Shown piece after piece: positions 38,421 to 52,000 of a stretch of 64,000 nt of DNA; within the stretch, counting starts at the first letter, position 1, and every line of letters starts with the position of its first letter. Made by a program: the position numbers and the translations under genes. Location: the NCBI GenBank assembly GCA_039621445.1, contig CP154954.1, positions 25,308,954-25,372,953 of the forward strand, given 5' to 3'. This DNA comes from Euglena gracilis (taxonomy: Eukaryota). The notes below the pieces were generated by a model that ran no database searches, was not told the DNA's origin, and was given only the letters and a program-made list of their open reading frames with translations.

Positions 38421-40819
38421 CATATGCGAAGGCCATTTAAAAGCTCAAGTTCAGAAAAAAATCGTTTCACGTCGTGCACACAGCGGGGTTGCATTTTGGG
38501 GGAGGCTGTCGGTATCGCTGTGGGTGCAGACAGATATCACAGAAGTTCACGGAAAACTCTGTACCGCACTTACCGGGTCTCCCCCCTTCTCCCCCTGCCG
38601 CCCACCCTGCCCCCCCAGGCCCCTGCTTGGGGGCCGAAAGCCGCCGCAGCTGCAGTCCGAAACCCCCGTGGGTTTTGGTGTGGGTAGTGCCACAGAACCG
38701 TGCCGAAGGTGCCAGGGGCCCGGAAGTGGCTTTTGTCAAGGAATATTGCTTGGTTTCCTGGGGCCGTGGCCCAACACCGACCCCCCAGGGCAAGTTGTTC
38801 CTTCTGTTAAGAAGGAGCCCGAGCAGGACCTGAGGGCTTCCCCAGGTACTCACGCAGCATTGATTTTTCCGTTTTAGACCTTTTTTAGGCCTTCGGTGCC
38901 AATGGCCCTCACAGGACGATTACCCTGACTTTGGGAGATGACACACGAGGACCCCTCCTTTGAAGTAACTCCCGAGAAGCGATAAATGGTTTGGCCTACG
39001 CGAACAGAACCCGCCAGCAGTTTGCACCGCCCAAGTCTGAGGGGCCGGGGTCTGCTGCTTCCCCCCCCCCCCCCCGGCAGATCAGACCCCAGTCCGCCTC
39101 CCTGCCGTGGTGCAAGCCTCTCCTGTGCTCGGGTTAGATCGAACTCCCATCAGCCTGTGTTTTAGAAACCCCCTCCTGTTTAATCACCAGCCCCCCTGGG
39201 GAGGGCAGTGGTGCCGTTTATTACCCCCCAAAAAACTGGGGATGTTAAATTTTAAAAGCTGGACTGGTTGCCTCCACCACCGCAAACTTCTTTCATTTGT
39301 GCTAGCTTCTTTTTAAGGAAGTGTGCACCCTCCCTCCGGGGGGTGGGTGCTATGGGCAGGCATTTTCGACCCCTCCCAATGGGGGTCGAGCTTTGGGGTG
39401 GGTAGTGTTATAGCACACACCCCAGCGCCTTCTGCGCTGGGGCCCAGAAATGATCATTTCCAAGCGAAAATTGGCTTTGTCGGCAGTCACCGGGACCCAA
39501 AACCGACTGGCCCGAGGGGTGGGGTGCCTGATATGGTCAGGCCTCCCAGAGCACAAGGCACCCCTGGGGTTGGTAAAAATGCCTGCCCCAGGGGTGACAC
39601 TATTTGCTCTGGAGTTCCGGGCCAAGGACCACCGTGGTTGAAATCTGCCAAAAAGCACAAAGAGGTCTGCACCCACAGCGATGCCGACAGCCTCCCCGAA
39701 ATGCAACCCCGCTGTGTGAAACTATTTTTCTTTTGCATTTGAGCCTTGATGTTGAGAATTTCAGGTCCAAATGAAAATTCTAACCTCAACACCACCTACT
39801 CCAATGCAGCCTCCCCATTTCAAAAGTTTTTGTATAGGGGGGGGGTAATTGATAAGGGTACTGAAAAGAAAGAACCTGGAAAAATATTTTGTGGGAACCT
39901 CTCCACAAATTCCAAGGTCTAGAAAAATTTGTCCGCCACATTTCTGTGTCATCACTTTTTTTCAACAGACAAATTCCCAGATGTATGATTAACCCAGTGC
40001 GTATAATTAATACAGTGCGTACTGTTGCAATCTTCCCTTCCTCTGACGGCAAAATGGTGTATTTGAGAGTTTGGGGGTCCAACCAACACCTTTTTTTTTT
40101 TCCAGCCAGCCGGCTGACTTAGGGGGTATTTTTAAGAAGTATTTTTTCAGAAATTTCAAGGTTTTTTAAAGTTTTTTAAAACCTTTTCATGAGCTCTATC
40201 TTTCAAGGAAAGTCCAAGGGCCATTCCGGCATCGAATGGGGTCGAAGAAAGTCTAAAACCCCATTTTTTCGAGTTTGGGTGGATAGAGAGGGTTCCAATG
40301 ATGCCAGAAATTATTTTTCCCCGCAATTGGCTTGTTTTTGCCCAGATTTTGTAACTTCATTTTTTGCCTCAATTTTCAAAAATTTTGCCAGAAGGATTTT
40401 TCCAAGGTTTTCAGGGGTTTAAGGCATTTTTGGCCAGAAATTCTAAGGCATTTTTTTAGGGCTTTTAAGGTTTTTCAAGGCGCCTTAAAAAATCCGCCTG
40501 GGCTGGACCCGCCCCCACGGGGTCCGCAAGATATCCCCTGTTTCGGGTCCCAGCCCGAATGATTGATCCAGAAAGGGGCGTTTGAAAGTTGGGTTTATTT
40601 TTTTTGAGCGCAGCTGCCCTACAAGCATAGCTGGTGGGTTGGCTTACGTGGCTGCCCCACGACCCTCTGGTACTCCACGGAGCACTGGAACCACATTGCA
40701 CCCACAAGCCAAATGCCGGCGCATGACCCGCGTACCTTTGCCTCTCCACGTGATGCCCCCCGGCTCAGATGACCCCCGTGGCTTTTTATATTCCGAATTA
40801 TTTTACCTCATCCTTCCCG

Positions 40820-41603
40820 GGGGAGCAAAGGATATGCCGACACCCCGTGTTCCACCCGATGTTATTCCCCGTTCGTTCGTCCTCAGAGCGTTGTTTAAGA
40901 AAGTTTGGCCCCATCTTCTGGGAGCGGGGGGAGGGGCGGTCCAGCCAGCCGGCTGGAGAATAGCCTTGGACACTTCTCCCTTCCATCGACAAGTATTATT
41001 CATCTTCGGGCGGCTGGAGGGAACGGATTATTTTTGGCTTTCGAAGAATTTCTCGAGATACAGACATTTTTTTGGTTTCGAGTTATTTGGTACCGTTTTG
41101 ACCCACCCCATTTAACTCATGGAGAGGGAGGGGGTCAGCCAACACCCAGCACCGAGCCAGTCCATACTTTCCAGGCTCTGAGTTGCACCCAAGGGAATTA
41201 CCAAGCGACCTCCGGGGAGCAAAGGATATGCCGACACCCCACCCGATGTTATTCCCCGTTCGTTCGTCCTCAGAGCGTTGTTTAAGAAAGTTTGGCCCCA
41301 TCTTCTGGGGGCGGCCTGAGGGGCGGTCCAGCCAGCCGGCTGGAGAATAGCCTTGGACACTCCTCCCTTCCATCGACAAGTATTATTCATCTTCGGGCGG
41401 CTGGAGGGAACGGATTATTTTTGGCTTTCGAAGAATTTCTCGAGATAGAGACATTTTTTGTGGTTTCGAGTTATTTGGTACCGTTTTGACCCACCCCATT
41501 TAGCACATGGAGAGGGAGGGGGTCAGCCAACACCCAGCACCGAGCCAGTCCAAACTTTCCAGGGTCTGAGTTGCACCCAAGGGAATTACCAAGCGACCTC
41601 CGG
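40820..41603 (+). repeat. Recent ~390-bp tandem duplication
   Basis: GGGGAGCAAAGGATATGCCGACACCCC...CAAGCGACCTCCGG occurs at ~40820-41213 and ~41214-41603, nearly identical. Confidence 0.93.
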
Positions 41604-43499
41604 CATTTGTTTTCTTCGAAAAATACCATGCAAGGTACTTTTTGCAATTTATTGTCTGGCACAAATAATCTGGCACAATGAAATTTTTTCATCGGAGGAG
41701 GTGAAAGTTTTTTTTTGCAGTCTTCTCCAGCAGACACATGCACAGCCTAGCGCCTAGGTGAATCAAGGAACCTCATTTTTTGCATTCCTTGTATTCTTTG
41801 TAATATATCATAGTTCAAGGTGCCTAGTTGCATATTCCAGAATGAGGATATTATGGGGCAATGGGGAATGTGTAGAGTGGAACTCTGTGTGCAATTATCA
41901 AATAATCTGGGAGCCTCCCGACCCCCTCCCGCCCCTCCTGGTTCCCCAACACCGCACTCACCCCCTCGGCCTTATGCCAAACCCTGCAAGGAGAGCCTGG
42001 GTGCACAAAGTTTGAGAATTGGAGGAAAAAGGAAAAAAACCACATTACAATTTGCGCTCCCCCCCCTCCGGAGAGGTCTAGATACCCGCCACCTGGTCTT
42101 TCATTCAACCCCCCTTGCTATGCATCTTCCACAGTGATCACAGTTTCAGGGAAAATTAAAGCGGTAGATGGGACAAAGGTGTGGAGCAAGCGGGGTACAT
42201 TCGCTCTGGCCGGTTTGGCGGCACTGCCTCCAGGCCTCGTGTTTCCTGTGATTGTCCCTTTCTTTGCCCCATTTTTTTAGGTTTTGAAAAGGACTGAGCT
42301 CTGCGCAGAAGTAGCTTTTGTGACGGCCCCCGGGTCTCTGCCCCTCGCCCTGGGCCCCTGGGGTTGGCAGATCCAACCCAATTGGGACTCTTTCTCGTCT
42401 TGGGCTTTGTGCTTAGCTGGTGGCTGTTCATAATTCCGTGACCAATAGGGAGGTCGACAAACCCCATCTCGAGATTATTATTTCATGCCGTTTGATGAGG
42501 ATGGTACAGGAAATGTTGGTTCCGGTTGGAGGCCTCCCTCCCCCGTAGCCGTTACATCTCGCCATTACATCAGCCTGACCCGGTACTCGGGAGCACGGCC
42601 ATGTCCGAGTTCTGGGTCAAAGGAGTCAGAGCACCCTCCTCCACCAACCAGTGGAACCCCTCCTGCAATGCCTGGAATGCAATGGAACTTGTCATTCACC
42701 TCAGCTTTTGGCGCATAGAATGTTTACAGTGGTCAGGTTTTCACTGGAAGTCGGGTGTACCTTCACCCACTGCTACAGTAACCTGGGGTTGTTTTTCCTC
42801 CTGATATTTGGTTGCGTAGCGGGCCACAGGTGACGGCGTGACGGCGCCTTTGTGTGTGCCCCTGCGCGGCATTTGACCGGGAGGTGCCAAGCAATGCCAC
42901 ATTTTCTTCGTCTTGGTTGTTTCATGTCTTGTTTTTTTTTTTGCTCATGGACACCTCAAGGAACCCATGTCTTTCGTGTTTCGCCGAATTTTGCCAATGT
43001 TGTTTTTATTGGTCATGTGCCACGTGGGTGATTTTATTTCATTTTTTACAAATGTGTTTTTGCTTCGTCCCCTTGGGGTTTCACCCCACCTTGCCGCGTC
43101 ATCGCCAGCCTCCCTCCCTTCCGCCGCCCATTGGGTCATTGGCTTACACAACCTTGTTTTTTTGTTGTGCTTTTATTTGGTGACGCTCTTTTCAGGGGTT
43201 GTTTTAAAATGAGAGATTAATGTTTCTGGGGGGGTTTTGAAGAAGCTGAATGCCAAGGCCAATAGCAGGAGAGCATTGTTGCCAGCAAACAATGTACTTG
43301 GAATATGCAATAAATATAAGTATTTTGGCACAAGCACACCCACACCACTTGCTCTTAATCATGGGTTTGTGGGTTTGACCAGAATCGCCATTTTCTGCTT
43401 TTTATGCAGGCTTCCTTTGATTGTATACCTCCCCCCTTTGTCCTTGACACTGCTGGTACATGACACCCCCCCCAACTGCATTTTTCCCACATTTCGGTT

Positions 43500-43858
43500 T
43501 AACTCTTTGCAGATATGTTGTTCTCTGTTCACCACAAAATTCATCACCTCGCAATCGTGGTGCGTATCAACGGTTGGCAGGTGGAATGCACTATTTTGGA
43601 GTGAATTATTAAATGTTTGTGCGCGCATTTGCGCCTACAAAATTTATTTGTGCGCGCAAATGTGCGCACCAACATGCCTATCACGTCCAAACACCTCGTT
43701 GAGTTGTGGTTGTTATGGGTGTCTTTTGACATGGAACATATGTTGTTTGTGCTTGTGTCAGAGTGCTGGGTACCAGGTGTTTCGCAAAAACTGTAAAATT
43801 GCGCAAATGCACCAATTCTAAAGAAAAAAACCCTCAAGTGCGAATCCGGCCGCCTAAG
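43500..43858. mobile_element. Truncated right end of a CTTAGG-family transposon
   Basis: Ends in CTCAAGTGCGAATCCGGCCGCCTAAG and carries GCGCATTTGCGC motifs. No left end found. Confidence 0.75.
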
Positions 43859-45684
43859 TGCCAAAAATGCACATTTTTGGCCATTTGCGGGATTTTGAGA
43901 ACAAAATTAGCGAGAAAAACATCTTTTCCACCTGCACCGGCACACAACGCCGGAAAAAAAATTTTTTCCAGTCGTGGGGAAAGCAAAATATCTAGCCAGT
44001 AGATCCCCCCCCCCGGGCCTTTAAGCAATACCCTGCAATCCACTCATACCATGAGAATGCGCGGATGCGCAAGACTGTTGTTGGGGCGCCGGAAGAGTTC
44101 CCCCCCACCGGTTCATTTCTCGTGAACTGGAGGAGGTTGAGCCCGGTCGTCCGCTCCTGCCAGGTGATCCACACCGGGGGGAGAGCTGCAGTGGGGGGGG
44201 TGGGAGATCAGGTTCCGGCTCGGGGCTGGGCTGGTGGGGGGGGTGCGCAGTCGCTGCTGCTGGCGGCCACAGGGGGGGGGGGCATTGGTTTGGTACCACA
44301 CCCGCTCTCCGGTTATTCCCTCCTCCCTGACCGATGCCCCCAACCGCTGACACATCCCCACTCCTTATATCTCCGAAGACGCCGTAGCCCATCTGCCGAC
44401 ACGAGTCTCTTCAGCTTGGGCTCGTCTCGCTGCGCTGATCACCTTCTCCCCCTCCCCCCCGCCCCCCTCCCCCCCCCCAATAAAGTGCCTCACAGCAACG
44501 GTTCCTGCCTAATGACTGATGTTGTGCCCAGGGCCCCCGTGCCCTATGCTTCCCAGCCGCCCTTCGCTCGAGTTGCATGGGGGCTGCGGTGCAACTGCCG
44601 CAGTCAACTTTCATTTGGAGTTTGCTGCATCTATGGCCGTTGCTGCTTTTAGTGCCTGAGGGAGCTCACTCTGGTTTGACCACAAATTCACAGAGATCAC
44701 CTAAAAATGCGTTGTTTTCCCCCAATGTATTGCTTAACCATTATCAAACAGTGTTAAGTTTTATGAATGGCCACATGTTGCATCCCTGAAATCTAATGCG
44801 GCATAATTGCTGTTGCATTTTTAATATTTTCACTGGCAGGAGGCGAAAATATAATATATCTTTAGTTTAATTTAATAATATAATTTGCATACTGCATATA
44901 TATTTACGATTGACCAGTAGTGGTACGGTGGGTTTATTTTTTTTGTGCTGAATCAGCACACGATTACAAATCGCATTGTTGTTTTCTGTCGCTTGCATCC
45001 ACCTTATACCAACCTCCTCGATACAACGACCAGGCCCCCTTTTTTTCCCTTCAAAGTGCCTGGCGATCAGTGTCTACAGATGTAATATCCACCTCTTCTT
45101 TTGAGCCATTACATTCTTGTTTTAAAATGGGCATGGTTTTGTTTGGCTGAAGCCTTCAAAGTCCTCAGGGGCTTGAATGAGGCCTGTGATAATTGTTTCT
45201 GCCGAGAGAACAGGTTAAGCACGTTGTGTCTTGCTTCCTCTCAGCAATATTTCCCCTCCACCCCCAGGCTGTATGCCTTGCCCTTGTTCTGCTGGCACAC
45301 CCTCACCTGGCAGCGGGTTGCATGATGCAAACCTGCCCATTTGACTCATTACCCCCGAAGACAGCAAAAAATGATGGAAGTTGTTCCATAATGATTTTAA
45401 TTCAACTTAAAAAAATGCAAACGCATACCCCACATCGTGGATGCTCAACGCCTCCTAGGTCTGACGAAAGGCAATTCAATCATTCACAGTGAAGAAAAGG
45501 CTTAAATGTATGTTTTGCTGACGAACTCTGAGGCTTTGCTGCAAAGCACCTCTGTCTGTAAGAATCCAAATTTGGCGCAGATTGTGGCACCTCCTTGTGA
45601 ACTTCAGGGATACCAACAATAACTGAAAATCATATTTTATTCCTTCCCATTGGCACTTGTACCCCCCAGGCGCGTTTTGCCGCT

Positions 45685-48684
45685 CTTAGGCGGCCTAATT
45701 CGCATTTAAGCTTTTTTCGTTTGATGCGCGCATTTGCGCAAATTTACAATTTTTTTGATTGTGCTCTGTTTCGGCTGTGAAGGTCCGGGGGGTGTGAAAA
45801 CACGTGTACAAGAGAGTGCAAAAAACGATCAAAATTCTGATTTTGGCTGTGAGACCCCCGGGACTTTGGCGAAAACAGTGATTTTTGGGGGTGTCGGGAA
45901 GGACTTTGTGGGCCCAAACCTACGGGACCCTGCCGGCCCACCCTGAAAAAAACCGCAAAAAAGCACCATAGGAACGGGACCTTTACTGCCCCTGTTTCTT
46001 CTTTCGGCTGTGTCACCGAGTGTGTCCGAGCTGCCGGCGGTGTGAGTCCTGGGTGTTTGCCGGACTGCGTTGTTTGCGGCACCGCAGTGTGGTGTTTTTG
46101 GGCTGTTCGTTAAAGTGCAGGGAGGAAGGTCCGGGGGGTGTGGGTGTGGTGTGACCAAGCCGGCGACAAGGACGCAGGGGAAGGAAGGTGAGTGTGGGGT
46201 GTTGGGGAAGGGATGCGCAGAGGGTGAAGAAATGGGGTCCGCATGGAATGAAGGGAATAAAGGGGAACGGGTGTCTCCCACCCAGCTTATACCCAGGACC
46301 CACACAACCAGTTGTGTGGCAAAGAACTCTGCAGGAGAAGCCCAACACTGGAAGGCCAAAATTACGTTTGATGTGCGCAATTGCGCGCACCAACATTTTT
46401 ATGTTGATGCGCGCAATTGCGCAAATAAACACAAACATATCCTTCTAGTGTTGGGCTTTGGTACCCAAGAACTGACGCCATTGAAAAACTGTGTGACAAA
46501 GAGGCCGTGACGGCACGGACTGACGGGCCATCCAGTTGGTGAGTGTGTCACACTGTTTGTCAACGCGTAAGCTTATGGGCGCAAATGCGCGCATCAAACA
46601 CAAAACATTTTTATGCGCGCATTTGCGCAAATGCGCACATAAAAATGTTTTGTGTTTGATGCGCGCATTTGCGCAAATGAACGCAAAGAAGAACGGTGTG
46701 ACAGAAACACAGCCGTCAAACGCCGACAGCGGAAGTGGTTTATTTGCGCATTTGCGCGCATCACGTTGTTTGTGGGCGCAAATGCGCAAATAAAACAGAT
46801 GTAAATTGTTCAGTTTACATCTGTTTTATTTGCACACTTGCGTCCACAAAACAACGTGATGCGCGCAAATGCGCAAGTAAACCACCAATGGAGGAGTAAT
46901 AAGTGACTTCCTTTGGCGCTCCTACAGCCACCTTTAGTGGCTTCTGAGTGGGTTCAACCCAAATGACCACACCGTCCCCTCCGGGATATGGTGTTACGGT
47001 GCCGTTTTTGGGCCATTGACAGGCCCGGAAAAAGATGGAGACATAGCATCTTTTGATGGTGGGTGCACAGCCACCCAGTAACGGTGCACGTCCACCGGCA
47101 CCAATTTTTGGTTCTCAAGGGCCCTGCGGCTGGCCTGCGGCTTCGGCTCCGCCGCTGCAGCCCCATCAGCTGCTGATGCTTCAGCACCCAGCAGGCCAGC
47201 ATCGACCTCCCCGGTGCAACGACACTCACCACAGCGGACACGTTATACCCTGCCACCGGGGTGTAAGACTGGGGGGACGACGTGGTGCCAGTGCATGGCA
47301 ACCAGCAGCCGGAGAGAGGTAGCCCTCAAGCACCCATTCCTTTGGATGCAAAGAAGTGGTGAAACTTTACCACTGCATTGGGTGCATCAAAGCGGTGGGA
47401 CTCACTCCCCCCAAATTATGCACAAAAATCGGTGTTTTTTACGTTTTTCAAGGGAAAAATGGCAAAGAAAACCATAAAACGGACTCCGGTCCGACACGTC
47501 CCGGGCATTTCAGGTGCCAAATTTTGTCTTCTTGTAACGCAGTCCTGTTGCACAAAAGGTGTTCAACAGTCACAGGTCGTTTGCACGTCATCAATTCATT
47601 ACATTTAACTGCCAAACGCATGACGCCAAAACAACAGGCCGTTCGGGCCGGGGAACAGCAGTGCACATGTACACACGTAAGACAGGCAAATTTTGGCCAG
47701 TCACATGCCGTGTTCCAGTGAACACTCCACACCGCCTCTCACCACCAAATTTCATCGCCACGTAATCTTGGTGCAAATCATTGGTTGGCGTGAGGAGTTG
47801 TGTTCGCCAGACGTCACGGAGCAGGAGATGGCATCGCACAACTGATGTGTTTTGATGCGCGCATTTGCGCAAATGAACAAACTTTGTCTATGTGCTCTAA
47901 GGGCCCTACAAACACATCATTTTGTAGCGGTTTATTAACGTTTGATGCGCGCATTTGCGCAAATGCGCGCATCAACAAAAGTGTCTTTATTTGCGCAATT
48001 GCGCGCACCAACACGTCCATCACGTTTTTAAACCTTCTAGTTCATGGCCCTTAAGATGTCTTTTAACATGGAAGGAAAACGTACGTGTTTGGTGGGCGCA
48101 AATGCGCGCATCAAACACATTTGGTGGTGAGTGCATTTGCACAAATGCGCACATAAACAAATTTGTTGGTGCGCGCACTGGCGCCCATAAACACGTCATT
48201 TTATCATCATCTGTGGACGTTTTATTTGCGCAAATGCGCGCATCAAACACAATTGTTTTATTTGCGCAATTGCGCCCATAAACACACATCAGTTGCGTGA
48301 TGACTGGCTCACGTAGTCTGTGTGTCTGTGGTGTTGTGATCTAGTGAGACTCCGTGTGTTCTCACCGGTGGCGGCAGTGTCCAAGCCAGTTCAGGCAGCC
48401 CGTCAGCACCGTTTCCAAGTGTCGTTACAAGGGGTGTGTGCCTCTCTCCCGTTTAATGTACAACAGCACAAGTCTCACCCTCCGTCCTATTAACGTCACC
48501 TGGTAAGCAGCATGCACACCAGACCACTGGCAGTCAATCCCCTCCAGTGGAGGGGTGTCATAGCTCATATATCGTGTTCCGGGTGTCAGGGTACAGGGTC
48601 CCAGGGGTTACAAAAAAATCGTACATTTGCGCAATTGCGCGCATCAAAAGGAAAAAAGCTTAAGTGCGAATTCGGCCGCCTAAG
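45685..48684. mobile_element. Non-autonomous TIR DNA transposon (CTTAGG family), copy 3
   Basis: Imperfect ~60-bp TIRs, CTTAGGCGGCCTAATTCGCATTTAAGCTTTTTTC.. / ..GAAAAAAGCTTAAGTGCGAATTCGGCCGCCTAAG. 5-bp TSD CCGCT at 45680-84 and 48685-89. Absent from the paralogous site near 3310. Confidence 0.93.
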
Positions 48685-49099
48685 CCGCTCCCGCGCGCTT
48701 TGGCCCCCCACTTGGCCTACAGCTGTCCTTCGGTCTTCATTTGCGACCTTGGCCCCCATTCTTTAAGGTTTTTGGCCTGCGTTGCCCTTGTCTTGCCCAA
48801 ATTCTTCATATGCAAATTTGACCCCCATTGGGTTGACCCCCTGGCCTTTCCCTCAATCACAGCCCAGGCCAAGCGCCGGGGAGGGGGGTATGTGATTGGA
48901 CGACAGGGAAGAAACCACCTCTGCTGCTCTCATCTTTGCTGTTTTTTTTTAATATCGTTTCCAATACCCCCTGCGCCAGGGTGGAGTGTAAAGCCTCTGG
49001 GTCCCTTGCCCGGGCCATGGCATATTCTCATTCTTGTTTGGTAATGCCTTGTGGTCCCCTAAGTTCAAGAACACTCTCCATAGGAAATTTCTTCACCTA

Positions 49100-52000
49100 A
49101 AACTCTCACTTTTTTCATTCATGGGAATTTGCAGACGCCTTAAATGATACTTTTTGTTTGAGGTTTGTTAGGTCCCACGGTATCTCTAAAGAAACGTGCA
49201 AGGCAGTTTGTGAAGGATTCTGTGGTCATTAGGGCACAATATTCCTTTGATTCCACCTTGAAAATTTTTTGAAAAAGTTGCTTTATTTTCCTGCTAATTG
49301 GCTCAGGGATTGCAAGTGCCCTTGATGACTCATGATCTTTTGCCACATGCTGCACGTTGGAAGACGTACGACCCTCCCCCCCCACAATGGTTCAAGGGTT
49401 GTAGAGTGTGGCCAGTCGACGATTTGTTCTTCCGTCCCCTGCGACTCCACTTATCCCTGAGAGCCACATTGTGAATGGCCTTGCCAACAAATTTCCTTCT
49501 CCATCTGATATGTGAGTCTGATTTGGACTTTTGCACAATCCACGAACCCAGTGGTAGGACCCTGGTAGGAATTGCTTGATCAGAGAGGTCCACGGCCAAA
49601 TATTAATCGCAGGAATTGCATGGGTGGCGGTGGGGATGTTGACACCCAACTTTGTGAGGTCCGACCCCCCCACTCTTTCTACTCTTTCCTGGGGCCGGTT
49701 TTTTAGACAGAAAATTTTCTTTCCGCCCCTTCGGTGCAGAAGGAATTTTAGTTTGCACAGAGCGATAATGCATTTTATGGCCTCGACCTTTCAAAGAAAT
49801 TCCAAGGGCCATTCCAGCATCGAACGGGGTCCAAGATCAAAAAAGTCTAAAACCCCATTTTTTTCGAGTTTGGGTGGATAGAGAGGGTTCCAATGATGCC
49901 AGAAATTATTTTTTCTCCCCGCAATTGGCTTGTTTTTTGCCGAGATTTTGTAACTTCATTTTTGGCTCGAATTTCAAAAATTTTGCCAGAATGATTTTTC
50001 TAGGGTTTTCAGGGGTTTAAGGCATTTTTGGCCAGAAATTCTAAGGCATTTTTTTAGGGCTTTTAAGGTTTTTCAAGGCGCCTTAAATAATACCATCTGT
50101 GCTGGACCCGCCCCCACAGGGTCCGCAAGATATCCCCTGTTTCGGGTCCCAGCCCGAATGATTGATCCAGAAAGGGGCGTTTGAAAGTTGGGTTTATTTT
50201 TTTGAGCGCAGCTGCCCTACGAGCATAGTAGGTGGGTTGGCTTACGTGGCTGCCCCACGACCCTCTGGTACTCCACGGACCACTGGAACCACATTGCACC
50301 CACAAGCCAAATGCCGGCGCATGACCCGCGTACCTTTGCCTCTCCACGTGATGCCCCCCGGCTCAGATGACCCCCGTGGCTTTTTATATTCCGAATTATT
50401 TTACCTCATCCTTCCCGGGGGAGCAAAGGATATGCCGACACCCCGTGTTCCACCCGATGTTATTCCCCGTTCGTTCGTCCTCAGAGCGTTGTTTAAGAAA
50501 GTTTGGCCCCATCTTCTGGGGGCGGGGGGGGGGGGCGGTCCAGCCAGCCGGCTGGAGAATAGCCTTGGACACTCCTCCCTTCCATCGACAAGGATTATTT
50601 ATCTTCGTGCGTCTGGAGGGAACGGATTATTTTTGGCTTTCGAAGAATTTTACGAGATAGACCCACCCCATGCAGCACATGGAGAGGGAGGGGGTCAGCC
50701 AACACCCAGCACCCAGCCAGTCCAAACTTTCCAGGCTCTGAGTTGCACCCACAGGAATTGCTAAGCGAATTCCTCTGGTCGGCTGATATTTTGGTGGAGC
50801 GTTTCTTTTTCTTGTCTGGTTAGACCGCTTTGGATTTTTTTGGGGACTGGATATCTAAACACCATTTATAAAGCTGACAAAAAACGGGGTGTGAGGCCAA
50901 GGTGTGTGTTTTCATGTTTTCAGGTTTCATGTCTTGTTTTTTTTTTGCTCATGGACACCTCAAGGAACCCATGTCTTTCGTGTTTTTACAAATGTGTTTT
51001 TGCTTCGTCCCCTTGGGGTTTCACCCCACCTTGCCGCGTCATCGCCAACCTGCCTCCCTTCCACTGCTCTCTCCCATTCGCACCCCAACTCTGCGGCTCG
51101 CTGCCTGGGTTGGTGCCAGTGGTGGCGGTGCTGCTCCAGCGACAAAATCCAACAAATCCCGACAAATCCCGACATCAGCACCAAAATTTCTGCAAAAGGG
51201 GACGAAATTGTCCAAAGAACATCCTTTTGATCGGATATTGGTTTACACAAGCTTGTTTACACAACTGTTTTTTTAAAAAAAAATGCGAGATTATTGTTTT
51301 TTGGGGCGGTTTGAAGAAGCGGAATGCCAAGGCCAATGGCAGGAGAGCATTGTTGTCACCAAACAATATACTTGGAATATGCGATAAATATAAGTATTTT
51401 GGCACAAGCACACCCACACCAGTTGCTCTTAATCATGGGTTTGTGGGTTTGACCAGTCGCCAATTTTCTGCTTTTTATGCAGGCTTCCTTTGATTGTATA
51501 CCTCCCCCCACACTGCTGGTCCGTGACACCCCACCCCCACGTGTCAACTGCATTTTCCCCATATTTTGGTTTGGCAGGTCAAGGACAGTGGGGGATGTAC
51601 AAGGCCTCAGAAAGAAACTTGGCAGAGGTATTCGAAAGAAATCATCTACTCGATGGAATTGCTTTAGAAATGCTTGAAATCCCCAAACTTTTTGGGGCTT
51701 TGTTGTTCTATGTTCACCTTCGCTGTTCTCTGGCCCAATGTCCGTCTTCCAAACATGGGGGAGGAGGGCATCCACTGGCAGTGTACATATCTTTATGGTT
51801 TTGCAGACCTGGAGATTGTTGCCAGAAAGGTTCTGCGAGAGCGCACCCTCGGTGCCTCCGGTGCTCCGGTGCCCATCAGGCATTAAGAAGGGAATTCTGC
51901 TGTTTGGTGCTCAGCCTGAGCACAAACCTGAACCCTAAAAACACCCCAGGTTGGTCGGCCTCACTTAACGTGAGAAGTTTTTAAAGCGCCCATACCGATG

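Noticed and set aside
36322-38877. Long ORFs (414-624 aa) of TYIH/TYLP/MYVC repeats
   Set aside because: Artefacts of stop-free tetranucleotide repeats, open in several frames on both strands.
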